The position numbers and the translations under genes were made by a program. From an uncultured Mageeibacillus sp. (lineage in GTDB: Bacteria; Bacillota; Clostridia; Saccharofermentanales; UBA5734): a stretch of 62,589 bases of DNA. Under the pieces are notes generated by a model. It had not been told where the DNA came from. It saw only the letters and a program-made list of their open reading frames with translations, and did no database searches. The stretch lies in assembly GCA_964499985.1 (NCBI GenBank), contig CAZCMX010000004.1:1-62589 (forward strand), written 5' to 3'. How positions within the stretch are numbered: position 1 is the stretch's first letter; every line of letters begins with the position of its first letter. This document shows positions 20,225-28,243 of this stretch, piece after piece.

Positions 20225-21550
20225 TCAGGACAGGGCCAGAAGGGCCAGAATATTCTCACGGGCGGTCATCGTGACGAGCCCCTGGCTGTCCTGGCGGAAA
20301 ATGGCGTCGCGCACCGAGCTGGTCGGGCTGGTCGCCCGGTGCCACAGGAGCCGTTCAGCCGCAGCCCGGTACAGCTGCTCACGGTCGGCAATGCGGGCGA
20401 TCCGGGCCGCCAGAGCCAGTCCGGCCAGCGACTCTTCCGCGGTGCTGGCCTGGCCCTGGGCAATATGGTAGGACATGTACAAGACCTTGTCATTGAGCAG
20501 GTGCTCCATCAGCCAGCTGAGCGTGCGCGGCTCGAGCGCTCCGACTTCGGCCAGATGCAGGGCACAGGACAGGGAGTCCGTCAGGTCGACGACAGGCGCC
20601 TGGCTGACAAACCGGACATAGCCGGGCGGACTGGCCAGATAGCTATGGGCATACAGCGGCAGGGCATCGCTGATCAGGCCACCCCTTAAAAGGGCGAGGG
20701 CTTCCTCATAACGGCTGGAAAATCCAGGCTCGATTTCTGCCAGAGCCTTGAGGGAGAGCAAGTCCAGGGATGACAACCGGACCACCGGCTCGCTGGCAAA
20801 TCCATTTCCAGCCGGTTCCGCCGGCTGCTCCGGCTTGGGAGTCGGGGTGGCGGCAGGATCCTGGGTCGGGACCGGGGTGGGAATCGCTACGACCTCATCG
20901 GGGGACAACCCTGGCCCGATGGCCTGGCCAAGACTTTCCGCCAGGTCATGCTCCTGCCGGTCCAGCTCAGCCCCCGGCCACTGCGCATAGGCGAGAGCCA
21001 GGACCCTGGCATACAGGAGGGAGTCCGGCCAGGAGGGCTCTGGTTCCGCCACAGGTTCCAGCTGGTTTTGTGCCTGGAGGTCGGAAAAGGTGCTGACGGG
21101 TCCGGTCAGGGCGAGTTGTCGCGAGGCATAAACCAGACCTTCCGGGCTCAGGAAGGTCGCCAGGAATTGCTCATGCCATTGGCCAAAGGCCCGCTGGTTG
21201 CCTTGCTCAGCCAGCCAGAAGCCGTACAGGAGCTGGTCTTGCGCCAGCAACTCCGCTGACCAGCGGGCAGGCTGGCCAAGCTCCTGGTTGGCCTGCTGGT
21301 ACCAGGAGACCAGTCCGGCACCGCAGAGCAGGTTGGACTCCAGGCGCTGCGACAGTTTCGCCACCTCTTCCCGGCTGGCAACTGCGGCAAAATCCGCTGC
21401 AGCCTGAGATCCAGGGACAATGAAGGGCCTTTTTTCCGGCGCCCGCAGCAAAGACCACAGCAGGTAGCCTGCTGCGGCCAGAACCAGAATCAGGAATATG
21501 ACCAGCCAGCGGGCCTTGGAAGTTCGATCCTGTGAGCCTATCGTTGCCAT
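20225..21550 (-). CDS. hypothetical N-terminally anchored protein, two domains joined by a Pro/Thr-rich linker
   Basis: 441-aa ORF with one N-terminal TM (WLVIFLILVLAAAGYLLWSLL) and linker PTPVPTQDPAATPTPKPEQPAEPAG. I recognise no family motif. Confidence 0.5.
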   Translation of the reverse strand: MATIGSQDRTSKARWLVIFLILVLAAAGYLLWSLLRAPEKRPFIVPGSQAAADFAAVASREEVAKLSQRLESNLLCGAGLVSWYQQANQELGQPARWSAELLAQDQLLYGFWLAEQGNQRAFGQWHEQFLATFLSPEGLVYASRQLALTGPVSTFSDLQAQNQLEPVAEPEPSWPDSLLYARVLALAYAQWPGAELDRQEHDLAESLGQAIGPGLSPDEVVAIPTPVPTQDPAATPTPKPEQPAEPAGNGFASEPVVRLSSLDLLSLKALAEIEPGFSSRYEEALALLRGGLISDALPLYAHSYLASPPGYVRFVSQAPVVDLTDSLSCALHLAEVGALEPRTLSWLMEHLLNDKVLYMSYHIAQGQASTAEESLAGLALAARIARIADREQLYRAAAERLLWHRATSPTSSVRDAIFRQDSQGLVTMTARENILALLALS

Positions 21551-21582
21551 ATGCCGCCATCATAGCAGAATCACCTGGCCAC

Positions 21583-21591
21583 TGCTATAAT
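21583..21591 (+). promoter_or_regulatory. extended -10 element (TGcTATAAT) placed for a leaderless tmcAL transcript
   Basis: TG at 21583-84 and TATAAT at 21586-21591. Only 7 nt (cgagaac) separate it from ATG 21599, and there is no SD. Confidence 0.35.
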
Positions 21592-21598
21592 CGAGAAC

Positions 21599-22870
21599 AT
21601 GAAAACTGTTGGAATCATTGTTGAATACAATCCCCTGCATAATGGCCATGCCTGGCAGATCGCCAGGGTCAAAGAGGTTTTTGGCAAGGATACGGCGATC
21701 GTCGTTGCCATGAGCGGCTCTTTTACCCAACGCGGCGAGCCGGCAGTCGTCGACAAATGGACGCGGACCCGCATGGCCCTGGCCTGTGGGGCAAGCCTTG
21801 TCCTGGAGCTGCCCCTGCCCTTTGCCACCTCGAGTGCAGAGCGTTTCGCAGCTGGCGGTGTACAGCTGCTGGCAGCCACCGGCATCACCCGGACGCTGGT
21901 CTTTGGCAGTGAACAGGGCACCTTGCCGGAGCTCCGGGAGATTGCGGCCCTGCTGGCGGATGAATCTCCCGCTTTCAAGGCGGCCCTGCAGCTAAACCTT
22001 GAGCGCGGCCTGTCTTTTGCGGCCGCACGACAGCAGGCCGTTGCCACGCTGCTCGGCAGCGACGATACGGCTGCCTTGCTGAAAAGCTCCAACAATATCC
22101 TGGCGGTCGAATACATCAAGGCTCTGCAGCGGCTGCCTGCCGCCAAACGGCTGGAGCCCGTCACCTTCCAGCGCCAGGGCCAGGCTTATCTCGATCCGGC
22201 CCTGACCTCGAATTTTGCCAGCGCCACAGCCATCCGCCAGGTGCTCGCAGTCCAGCGCCAGAATCCAGCCGCCATGCTGACCCAGCTGGCTACGGCCATG
22301 CCCCCAGCTGCCCTGGCGATCCTCCTGGAGGCGGTTGCCGCCGGCCAGGGCCTCGTCCTGCACGAGGATCTGGCTGTTCCCATCCTGGCATTGCTCAGGA
22401 CCCGAAAGCCAGAAGATCTCCTGGTCTATCCGGGCATGGGCGAGGGACTGGCCCAGCGCCTGCACGAGAGTGCCCGCCGCCCGGCGGAGGGGCCAGGCCA
22501 CGACCAACGCCTCAGCCAGCTGGTCGACGAGGCCATGAGCCGGCGCCTGCCCCGGACACGAGTCCAGCGCGCCCTCCTGCACATGCTCCTGAACCTGACC
22601 CAGGCCGATCTGGCCGAGTTCGACGCAGCTGGCGGACCCGCCTATATCCGGGTGCTCGGCTTTGACAAGAATGGCCGCTACCTGCTGAAGCTGATGCGCA
22701 AGAAGGCCAGCCTGCCCATCATCACCCGCGGCTCGGATTTCCTGGAATATGGCCAGGACATCCCTCTGCAACGCCAGGCCCAGTTCGACCTGGCGGGCAG
22801 CGACCTCTGGTCGATCCTGGCCGGAGCCCAGGCCGGGGCCGATTTTGACAGGCCAGTTGTCATTCGCTAA
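21599..22870 (+). CDS. tmcAL: tRNA(Met) cytidine acetate ligase TmcAL (YlbM/UPF0348 nucleotidyltransferase)
   Basis: MKTVGIIVEYNPLHNGHAWQI... closely resembles the Bacillus YlbM N-terminus (EYNPFHNGH). Confidence 0.8.
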   Translation: MKTVGIIVEYNPLHNGHAWQIARVKEVFGKDTAIVVAMSGSFTQRGEPAVVDKWTRTRMALACGASLVLELPLPFATSSAERFAAGGVQLLAATGITRTLVFGSEQGTLPELREIAALLADESPAFKAALQLNLERGLSFAAARQQAVATLLGSDDTAALLKSSNNILAVEYIKALQRLPAAKRLEPVTFQRQGQAYLDPALTSNFASATAIRQVLAVQRQNPAAMLTQLATAMPPAALAILLEAVAAGQGLVLHEDLAVPILALLRTRKPEDLLVYPGMGEGLAQRLHESARRPAEGPGHDQRLSQLVDEAMSRRLPRTRVQRALLHMLLNLTQADLAEFDAAGGPAYIRVLGFDKNGRYLLKLMRKKASLPIITRGSDFLEYGQDIPLQRQAQFDLAGSDLWSILAGAQAGADFDRPVVIR

Positions 22871-22945
22871 AATCCACAAGTGCCCGGGACAGTGAACCGG
22901 GCTGAAAACTAAGTGATAGCCATATCGGAAAGTGAGTGTTTCCCC

Positions 22946-24178
22946 ATGTCGAACCAGAATGTCTATGATTTGCTCAAGGACCGCGGTTACCTGGCCCAGG
23001 TCACCCACGAGACGGAAGTCCGCGAATTACTGGCCAAGCCAGGGGTTACCTTCTATATCGGCTTTGATCCGACCGCCGACAGCCTGCATGTCGGCCATTT
23101 TGTCCAGATGATGGTCATGGCCCACATGCAAAGAGCCGGCCATCGCCCGATCGCCCTGATTGGCGGCGGCACAGCCATGATCGGCGATCCCTCCGGCCGC
23201 TCGGACCTGCGCCAGATCATGACGGCCGAGACCATCCGGCACAATGGCGACCGGTTTAAAGAGCAGATGAAAATCCTGATCGATTTTTCTGACGGCAAGG
23301 CGCTGATGATCAATAATGCCGACTGGCTCCTGAAGCTCAATTATGTCGATTTCCTGCGTGACATCGGGCCGCATTTTTCCGTCAACCGCATGCTGACCGC
23401 CGAATGCTACAGGAACCGCATGGAGCAGGGCCTGACCTTCCTCGAATTCAACTATATGCTGATGCAATCCTATGATTTCCTGGTGCTTTATCGCCAGCAC
23501 CAGTGTCAGATGCAGCTGGGTGGCGATGACCAGTGGTCCAATATCCTCGGCGGCGTCGACCTGATCCGCCGGAAAGACCAGGGAGCGGCCTTTGGCATGA
23601 CCTTCCGCCTCCTGACCACCAGTGCCGGCACCAAAATGGGCAAAACCGCCAAGGGAGCGGTCTGGCTCGATCCCGCAAAGACAAGCCCCTTCGAGTTCTA
23701 CCAGTACTGGCGCAATATTGACGATGCCGATGTCATCAACTGCCTGAAGCTGCTGACCTTCCTGCCGCTGGCCGAAATTGCCGAATATGCCACGCTCCAG
23801 GATGCCGCCATCAACGAAGCCAAGAAACGCCTGGCCCTGGAAGTCACGACCATTGTCCACGGTGCCGCCGCAGCCGCCGCGGCCCGGACCCAGGCTGAGG
23901 ATCTGTTCGAAAAGGGTGGCCGCTCAGAGCAGATGGCCAGCACGGCCATCCGGCCAGAGGATCTGGCTGCGGGTCTACCCCTGCTCGATGTCCTGCTGGC
24001 CGCCCGGCTGATTCCCTCCAAGGGCGAGGGCCGCAGGCTGGTCAGCCAGGGAGGCATCACCCTGAATGATGAGGTCATCACCGATTTTGCCCGTCTCCTG
24101 ACCGCTGGTGATTTCACCGCAGGCGAGGCCATCGTCCGCAAGGGCAAGAAAACCTACCATCGCCTGACCATCGGCTAA
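22946..24178 (+). CDS. tyrS: tyrosine--tRNA ligase
   Basis: [14 protein letters not shown] (HIGH), KMGKT (KMSKS-like), C-terminal S4 domain. Start at ATG 22946 ([15 protein letters not shown]). Confidence 0.95.
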   Translation: MSNQNVYDLLKDRGYLAQVTHETEVRELLAKPGVTFYIGFDPTADSLHVGHFVQMMVMAHMQRAGHRPIALIGGGTAMIGDPSGRSDLRQIMTAETIRHNGDRFKEQMKILIDFSDGKALMINNADWLLKLNYVDFLRDIGPHFSVNRMLTAECYRNRMEQGLTFLEFNYMLMQSYDFLVLYRQHQCQMQLGGDDQWSNILGGVDLIRRKDQGAAFGMTFRLLTTSAGTKMGKTAKGAVWLDPAKTSPFEFYQYWRNIDDADVINCLKLLTFLPLAEIAEYATLQDAAINEAKKRLALEVTTIVHGAAAAAAARTQAEDLFEKGGRSEQMASTAIRPEDLAAGLPLLDVLLAARLIPSKGEGRRLVSQGGITLNDEVITDFARLLTAGDFTAGEAIVRKGKKTYHRLTIG

Positions 24179-24205
24179 ACAGCACATCGATTATTGCTGG
24201 CAAGT

Positions 24206-24264
24206 GGGTCGGACCTGCTGCTGAAGCTGGGTCTGACCCTCTTGCCGGAACTGGGGTCAGACCT
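24206..24264. repeat. three spaced copies of palindrome GGGTCnGACC in the tyrS 3' region
   Basis: gggtcGgacc 24206-15, gggtcTgaccc 24229-39, ggggtcAgacc 24253-63. Copies 1:2 and 2:3 can each form a 10-bp stem, and the two pairings are mutually exclusive. Confidence 0.6.
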
Positions 24265-24284
24265 GAAAGTCGATTTCCGGGCAA

Positions 24285-24331
24285 GAAAAAAGGGCTGTTG
24301 CAAAACGCTTGACGTCTTGCAACAGCCCTTC
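24285..24331. terminator. terminator between convergent tyrS and rpsT (best U-tract on the rpsT side)
   Basis: AGGGCTGTTGCAA-13 nt-TTGCAACAGCCCT, a 13-bp stem. The A-run on plus gives a T-run for the minus transcript. Confidence 0.75.
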
Positions 24332-24355
24332 CGGGTTCCAGGATTCAGGCAGAAA

Positions 24356-24619
24356 TCACTTGGTCAGGTTGTTCAGAGCCTTGGCCAGACGGGATTTCCT
24401 GCGGGCTACTGTATTCTTGTGCAGGTAGCCTTTGGCCGCAGCTTTGTCGAGCGTGGCCTGGGTCGATTGGATCATATCGGCAGCACCTTCCACAGAAGAG
24501 GCCACAGCGGCTTTGGTCTTCTTGACGGCTGTGCGGATTTCGCTTTTCTTGATCTTGTTGGCAGCGGTCTTCTTGGCAATAACCTTGACGCGCTTGATGG
24601 CTGACTTGATATTCGGCAT
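24356..24619 (-). CDS. rpsT: 30S ribosomal protein S20
   Basis: MPNIKSAIKRVKVIAKKTAANKIKKSEIRTAVKK... Confidence 0.95.
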   Translation of the reverse strand: MPNIKSAIKRVKVIAKKTAANKIKKSEIRTAVKKTKAAVASSVEGAADMIQSTQATLDKAAAKGYLHKNTVARRKSRLAKALNNLTK

Positions 24620-24675
24620 GTCTTTTCACCTCCCGGGAAGACGCAGATCCTGCGTTTCGTTTTTTGCACTGATGT

Positions 24676-24704
24676 ATTCTATCATGCAAAATCCGGCTTG
24701 GCAA
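24676..24704 (-). promoter_or_regulatory. putative promoter of rpsT
   Basis: Minus strand: TTGCCA (24704-24699), 17 nt, TAGAAT (24681-24676). The leader contains palindrome ACGCAG-gat-CTGCGT (24641-24655). Confidence 0.55.
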
Positions 24705-24799
24705 GACTCGCCGTAACAGAAAAAGATATCCAAGCGGTTTCAGCCGTGATATCATGGAGCCAGATGAAAATCTAATTAATTGGAGGATATAACACACCT

Positions 24800-26818
24800 A
24801 TGCCCGAAAATTCCAGAGAAAAACCCGCCCGGCCAGCGCAAAATGCTTCCGGATCTACTAAAGGTATGCCCCGCGACAAGCAAGCGCCTGCCGCTGCCAG
24901 CCAGCAGCCCCGGAAAAAATCCCCCGTACCACCCAAGGCGAAGGTGGCCGGCCAGCCGGCCAATCGCCCAGCCCAGCCCGGTCAGAAGCCAGTGAATCCC
25001 CGGCTTCCGCAGTCCCGGCCAGCGGCCGCCAAACCTGCAGCTGCAAAGCCTGCAGCCGCAAAACCTGCGGTCGCCCGCCCGGCGGTCCCGCAAAAGACCG
25101 CCCGGCCTGCCTCACCTGCGAACCGGCCAGATGCCGCAAAGCAACCCGCCGGGGCCCGCCTGAAGGTCATCCCGCTCGGTGGCATGCGGGAGATCGGCAA
25201 GAACATGACCGTCTACGAATATGGCGACGACATGATCATTGTCGACTGCGGCATTGCCTTCCCGGCCGATGATATGCCTGGCATCGATGTCGTCATTCCT
25301 GATTTTTCCTATGTCATCAACAATCGCCAGAAGCTGCGGGGCATTTTCATCACCCATGGCCATGAAGACCATATCGGTGCTTTGCCCTGGCTGCTGCGTG
25401 ACCTTAAGGCCCCGGTCTATGCCAACCACCTGACGATCGAGCTGATCAGCCGCAAAATCGAAGACCGCGGCACCGGGGTCAAGAATTCCCAGCTGATCAA
25501 AGTCAGCGACGGTGATGTGGTCGGGGTCGGCAGCTTTTCTGTCGAATTCATCCATGTCAACCACAGCATCGAGGATGCCAACGCCCTGGCCATCCGGACC
25601 CCGGCCGGCATCATCTATCATTCCGGCGACTTCAAGATCGACCATACCCCCATCCAGGGCGGGCCGATGGATCTGACCCGGATCGGCGCCATTGGCGACG
25701 AAGGCGTGCTCCTGATGGTCTGCGAGAGCACCAATATCGAACGCAAGGGCTATACCCCTTCCGAACGCAAGGTCGGTGATTCCCTGGCCGAGCTGTTCGG
25801 CAAAGCCGAAGGCCGGATCTTTGTGACCACCTTCTCTTCGAATGTTTCGCGCGTCCAGCAGATTTTTACAGCCGCCGAGCGCTACAACCGCAAAGTCGCC
25901 CTGATCGGCCGCAGCATGGTCAATGTCTTTGAAGCGGCCAATTCCCTGGGCTATATCACCATGCAGCCGGATACCCTGATCGATGTCAACCAGATCGACC
26001 GCTACCCGGCCGACAAGCTGGTCTTGATCACGACAGGCAGCCAGGGCGAGCCGATGTCCGCTCTGACCCGGATGGCCTTCTCCGAGCACCGTTCGGTCGA
26101 GATCGTGCCTGGTGATACAGTGATCCTGTCATCCTCGGCGATCCCTGGCAACGAAAAATCAGTCTACCGGGTCATCAACGAGCTCTATCGCCGCGGCGCC
26201 CAGGTCATTTACGAATCCCTGTCCGAGATCCATGTCTCCGGCCATGCCTACCAGGAGGAGCTCAAGCTCCTGCACAACCTGGTCCGGCCGCGTTATTTCA
26301 TCCCGGCCCATGGGGAATACAGGCACCTGTACCGCCATGCCGAGCTGGCCAACCAGCTGGGTAATCCCTGGGAAAGTATTTTCGTGCTCGGCAATGGGGA
26401 TATCTTCGAATTTTCGCCCCAGGAGCAAAAGGCCAGCATCAGCGGCTTTGTCCAGGCAGAGGGCGTCCTGATCGACGGCTCCAGTGCCGGCTATATTGAC
26501 AATCTGGTCCTCAAGGACCGCCGCCTGCTGTCAGACGACGGGGTTGTGGCCATCTTCATTGCCGTCGATACCAAGACCAATGCCATCCTGGGCCAGCCGG
26601 ATATCCAGACCCGCGGCTTCATGTATGAGAGCGAAAGCGAACGCGTGATCCAGGAGACGCAAAAGAAAATCGCAGCCTTTGCCAGAAAATCCGACCAGGC
26701 CAATAAGCCTTTGTCTGCGATGCTTTCGAGCAACCAGCTCAAGGACCAGCTGCGGGACTTGCTCTTTGAGCGGACTCGCCGCCGTCCCGTGATCCTCTTG
26801 TCAATCCTGACTGTCTGA
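24800..26818 (+). CDS. rnj: ribonuclease J with ~120-aa basic Pro/Ala/Lys/Gln-rich N-terminal extension
   Basis: The conserved core starts at LKVIPLGGMREIGKNMTVYEY, with HGHEDHIG metallo-beta-lactamase and beta-CASP regions. The extension is in frame with no internal start near the core. Confidence 0.9.
   Translation: MPENSREKPARPAQNASGSTKGMPRDKQAPAAASQQPRKKSPVPPKAKVAGQPANRPAQPGQKPVNPRLPQSRPAAAKPAAAKPAAAKPAVARPAVPQKTARPASPANRPDAAKQPAGARLKVIPLGGMREIGKNMTVYEYGDDMIIVDCGIAFPADDMPGIDVVIPDFSYVINNRQKLRGIFITHGHEDHIGALPWLLRDLKAPVYANHLTIELISRKIEDRGTGVKNSQLIKVSDGDVVGVGSFSVEFIHVNHSIEDANALAIRTPAGIIYHSGDFKIDHTPIQGGPMDLTRIGAIGDEGVLLMVCESTNIERKGYTPSERKVGDSLAELFGKAEGRIFVTTFSSNVSRVQQIFTAAERYNRKVALIGRSMVNVFEAANSLGYITMQPDTLIDVNQIDRYPADKLVLITTGSQGEPMSALTRMAFSEHRSVEIVPGDTVILSSSAIPGNEKSVYRVINELYRRGAQVIYESLSEIHVSGHAYQEELKLLHNLVRPRYFIPAHGEYRHLYRHAELANQLGNPWESIFVLGNGDIFEFSPQEQKASISGFVQAEGVLIDGSSAGYIDNLVLKDRRLLSDDGVVAIFIAVDTKTNAILGQPDIQTRGFMYESESERVIQETQKKIAAFARKSDQANKPLSAMLSSNQLKDQLRDLLFERTRRRPVILLSILTV
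25022..25081 (+). repeat. in-frame 15-nt tandem repeat (3 good copies + 1 degenerate) encoding AAAKP units
   Basis: gcggccgccaaacct / gcagctgcaaagcct / gcagccgcaaaacct / gcggtcgcccgcccg. Confidence 0.8.
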
Positions 26819-28243
26819 TGGCAGCCGGCCGCGTGATTCCCGGTATTTGCCGGGAGTCACGCCGGTCATTTTCTTGAAGACCTTCGAAAAATAGCTCTGG
26901 CCGTCAAAGCCAGCCTGGGTCGCGATGTCCACCAGAGGCACGCTGTCATTGAGCAGCAGTTTCCTGGCGGCCTCGACCCGGATCTGGTTGACAAAGGTAT
27001 TGAAGTTGACATTCATTTCATCTTTGAAAATCCGGCTGAAATAGGCCGGGCTCAGGTAGACCAGAGCGGCAGTCTCCTCGAGAGTCACTTTCCGGGTATA
27101 GTTCTTGCGGACATAGTCTACGGCGCGGTAGATGACATCGGCATGCTTGACATGGTCGAGATTGAGAACCTGATCACTGAACCGGTTCATGATCCCGGAC
27201 AGCCAGAAGGCAATCTCATCGATGTTCCGGAACGAATAGATCTTACCCAGATAGGTATAGTTGAGACCGAAGATCTGGGCCGTATCGGCGCCCCCCCGGA
27301 TCGCAGCCCGCGAAAGCAGGACGACCAGCTCGATCACCCGGGCTCGCATCACTTCGATGCTGCCACTGCTGGAAAAGAAAATATGGCCGAGGATTTCGTT
27401 CAGGATCTGCCTGGCCCCGGCCTGGTCACCGGCTTCGATTCGATCGAGCAGCTGCTCCTCCTTGGCCATCGGATAGTCCAGCAGGCCTGGATCGACATAG
27501 GCGTAGTTTTTCAGGAAACTGATCTGTTCCCACAATTCTGCCTGCAAGTCCCCCGATTGCCGTTTCTCCTCCAGCCGGGCAAAGGTCTGGTCGGAGAGGC
27601 CGGCCGCGGTCCAGCACAAAAGCTCACTCAAGCTATTGACCCGTTCGGTGGATACCACCGGGATCGCTTTGATTTTCTGCCACAGGGTACCTTTGGCCTG
27701 GGCCGGCCAGTCAAGCTTTTCGGCCAGGTCATCAAACAGCAAATCCTCGGGATCCACCAGATGGACGGGGCCGCCGATCAGAGCGCCTGCAACCTGGCCC
27801 TTCAGGATCACCGGACTGGCCCAGTGGGTCAGGCCCAGGGGGCAGAAATAGACATACTGGCCACCAAACCGTTCCGCCTGGTAGCAGCCATACAGATGGG
27901 CATTGCTGCACAAGGAGACAGGTGGCGGCAGTTCTGCCTCCCCTTCCCCACGGCTCGCTGGCGATGCTTTCTGGTGCCAGTCCGGGCCCAGCTGGCTGGC
28001 CAGGTCACAGATCGTCCGCTGGCCCAGGTCCGGACTGGCTTCATAGAGGGTATTGCCAGCAGCATCGATGACCAGGCAGCCCGTCTGGCAGGCCCGGCAA
28101 TAATGGTCGGCCGCCTGGATGGCTTGTTCAAGATTGATTTCCGGCAGGCCTGCCTGATCCGGATTGCTGAAATTGCGGTGTTGCATTGCCACGGTGATGC
28201 TCCTGCCGGCTCTAGCGGCCGCGATGGACTTCGATGATGTCAC
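26801..28243 (-). CDS. AraC-family transcriptional regulator with N-terminal PocR-like sensor domain
   Basis: C-terminal HTH ...YLSPAYFSRIFKDEMNVNFNTFVNQIRVEAARKLL...FDGQSYFSKVFKKMTGVTPGKYRE. The N-terminal Cys-containing region (HYCRACQTGC...YFCPLGL) is PocR-like. Start is uncertain (28243 or ATG 28186). Confidence 0.75.
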   Translation of the reverse strand: MTSSKSIAAARAGRSITVAMQHRNFSNPDQAGLPEINLEQAIQAADHYCRACQTGCLVIDAAGNTLYEASPDLGQRTICDLASQLGPDWHQKASPASRGEGEAELPPPVSLCSNAHLYGCYQAERFGGQYVYFCPLGLTHWASPVILKGQVAGALIGGPVHLVDPEDLLFDDLAEKLDWPAQAKGTLWQKIKAIPVVSTERVNSLSELLCWTAAGLSDQTFARLEEKRQSGDLQAELWEQISFLKNYAYVDPGLLDYPMAKEEQLLDRIEAGDQAGARQILNEILGHIFFSSSGSIEVMRARVIELVVLLSRAAIRGGADTAQIFGLNYTYLGKIYSFRNIDEIAFWLSGIMNRFSDQVLNLDHVKHADVIYRAVDYVRKNYTRKVTLEETAALVYLSPAYFSRIFKDEMNVNFNTFVNQIRVEAARKLLLNDSVPLVDIATQAGFDGQSYFSKVFKKMTGVTPGKYRESRGRLPSDSQD

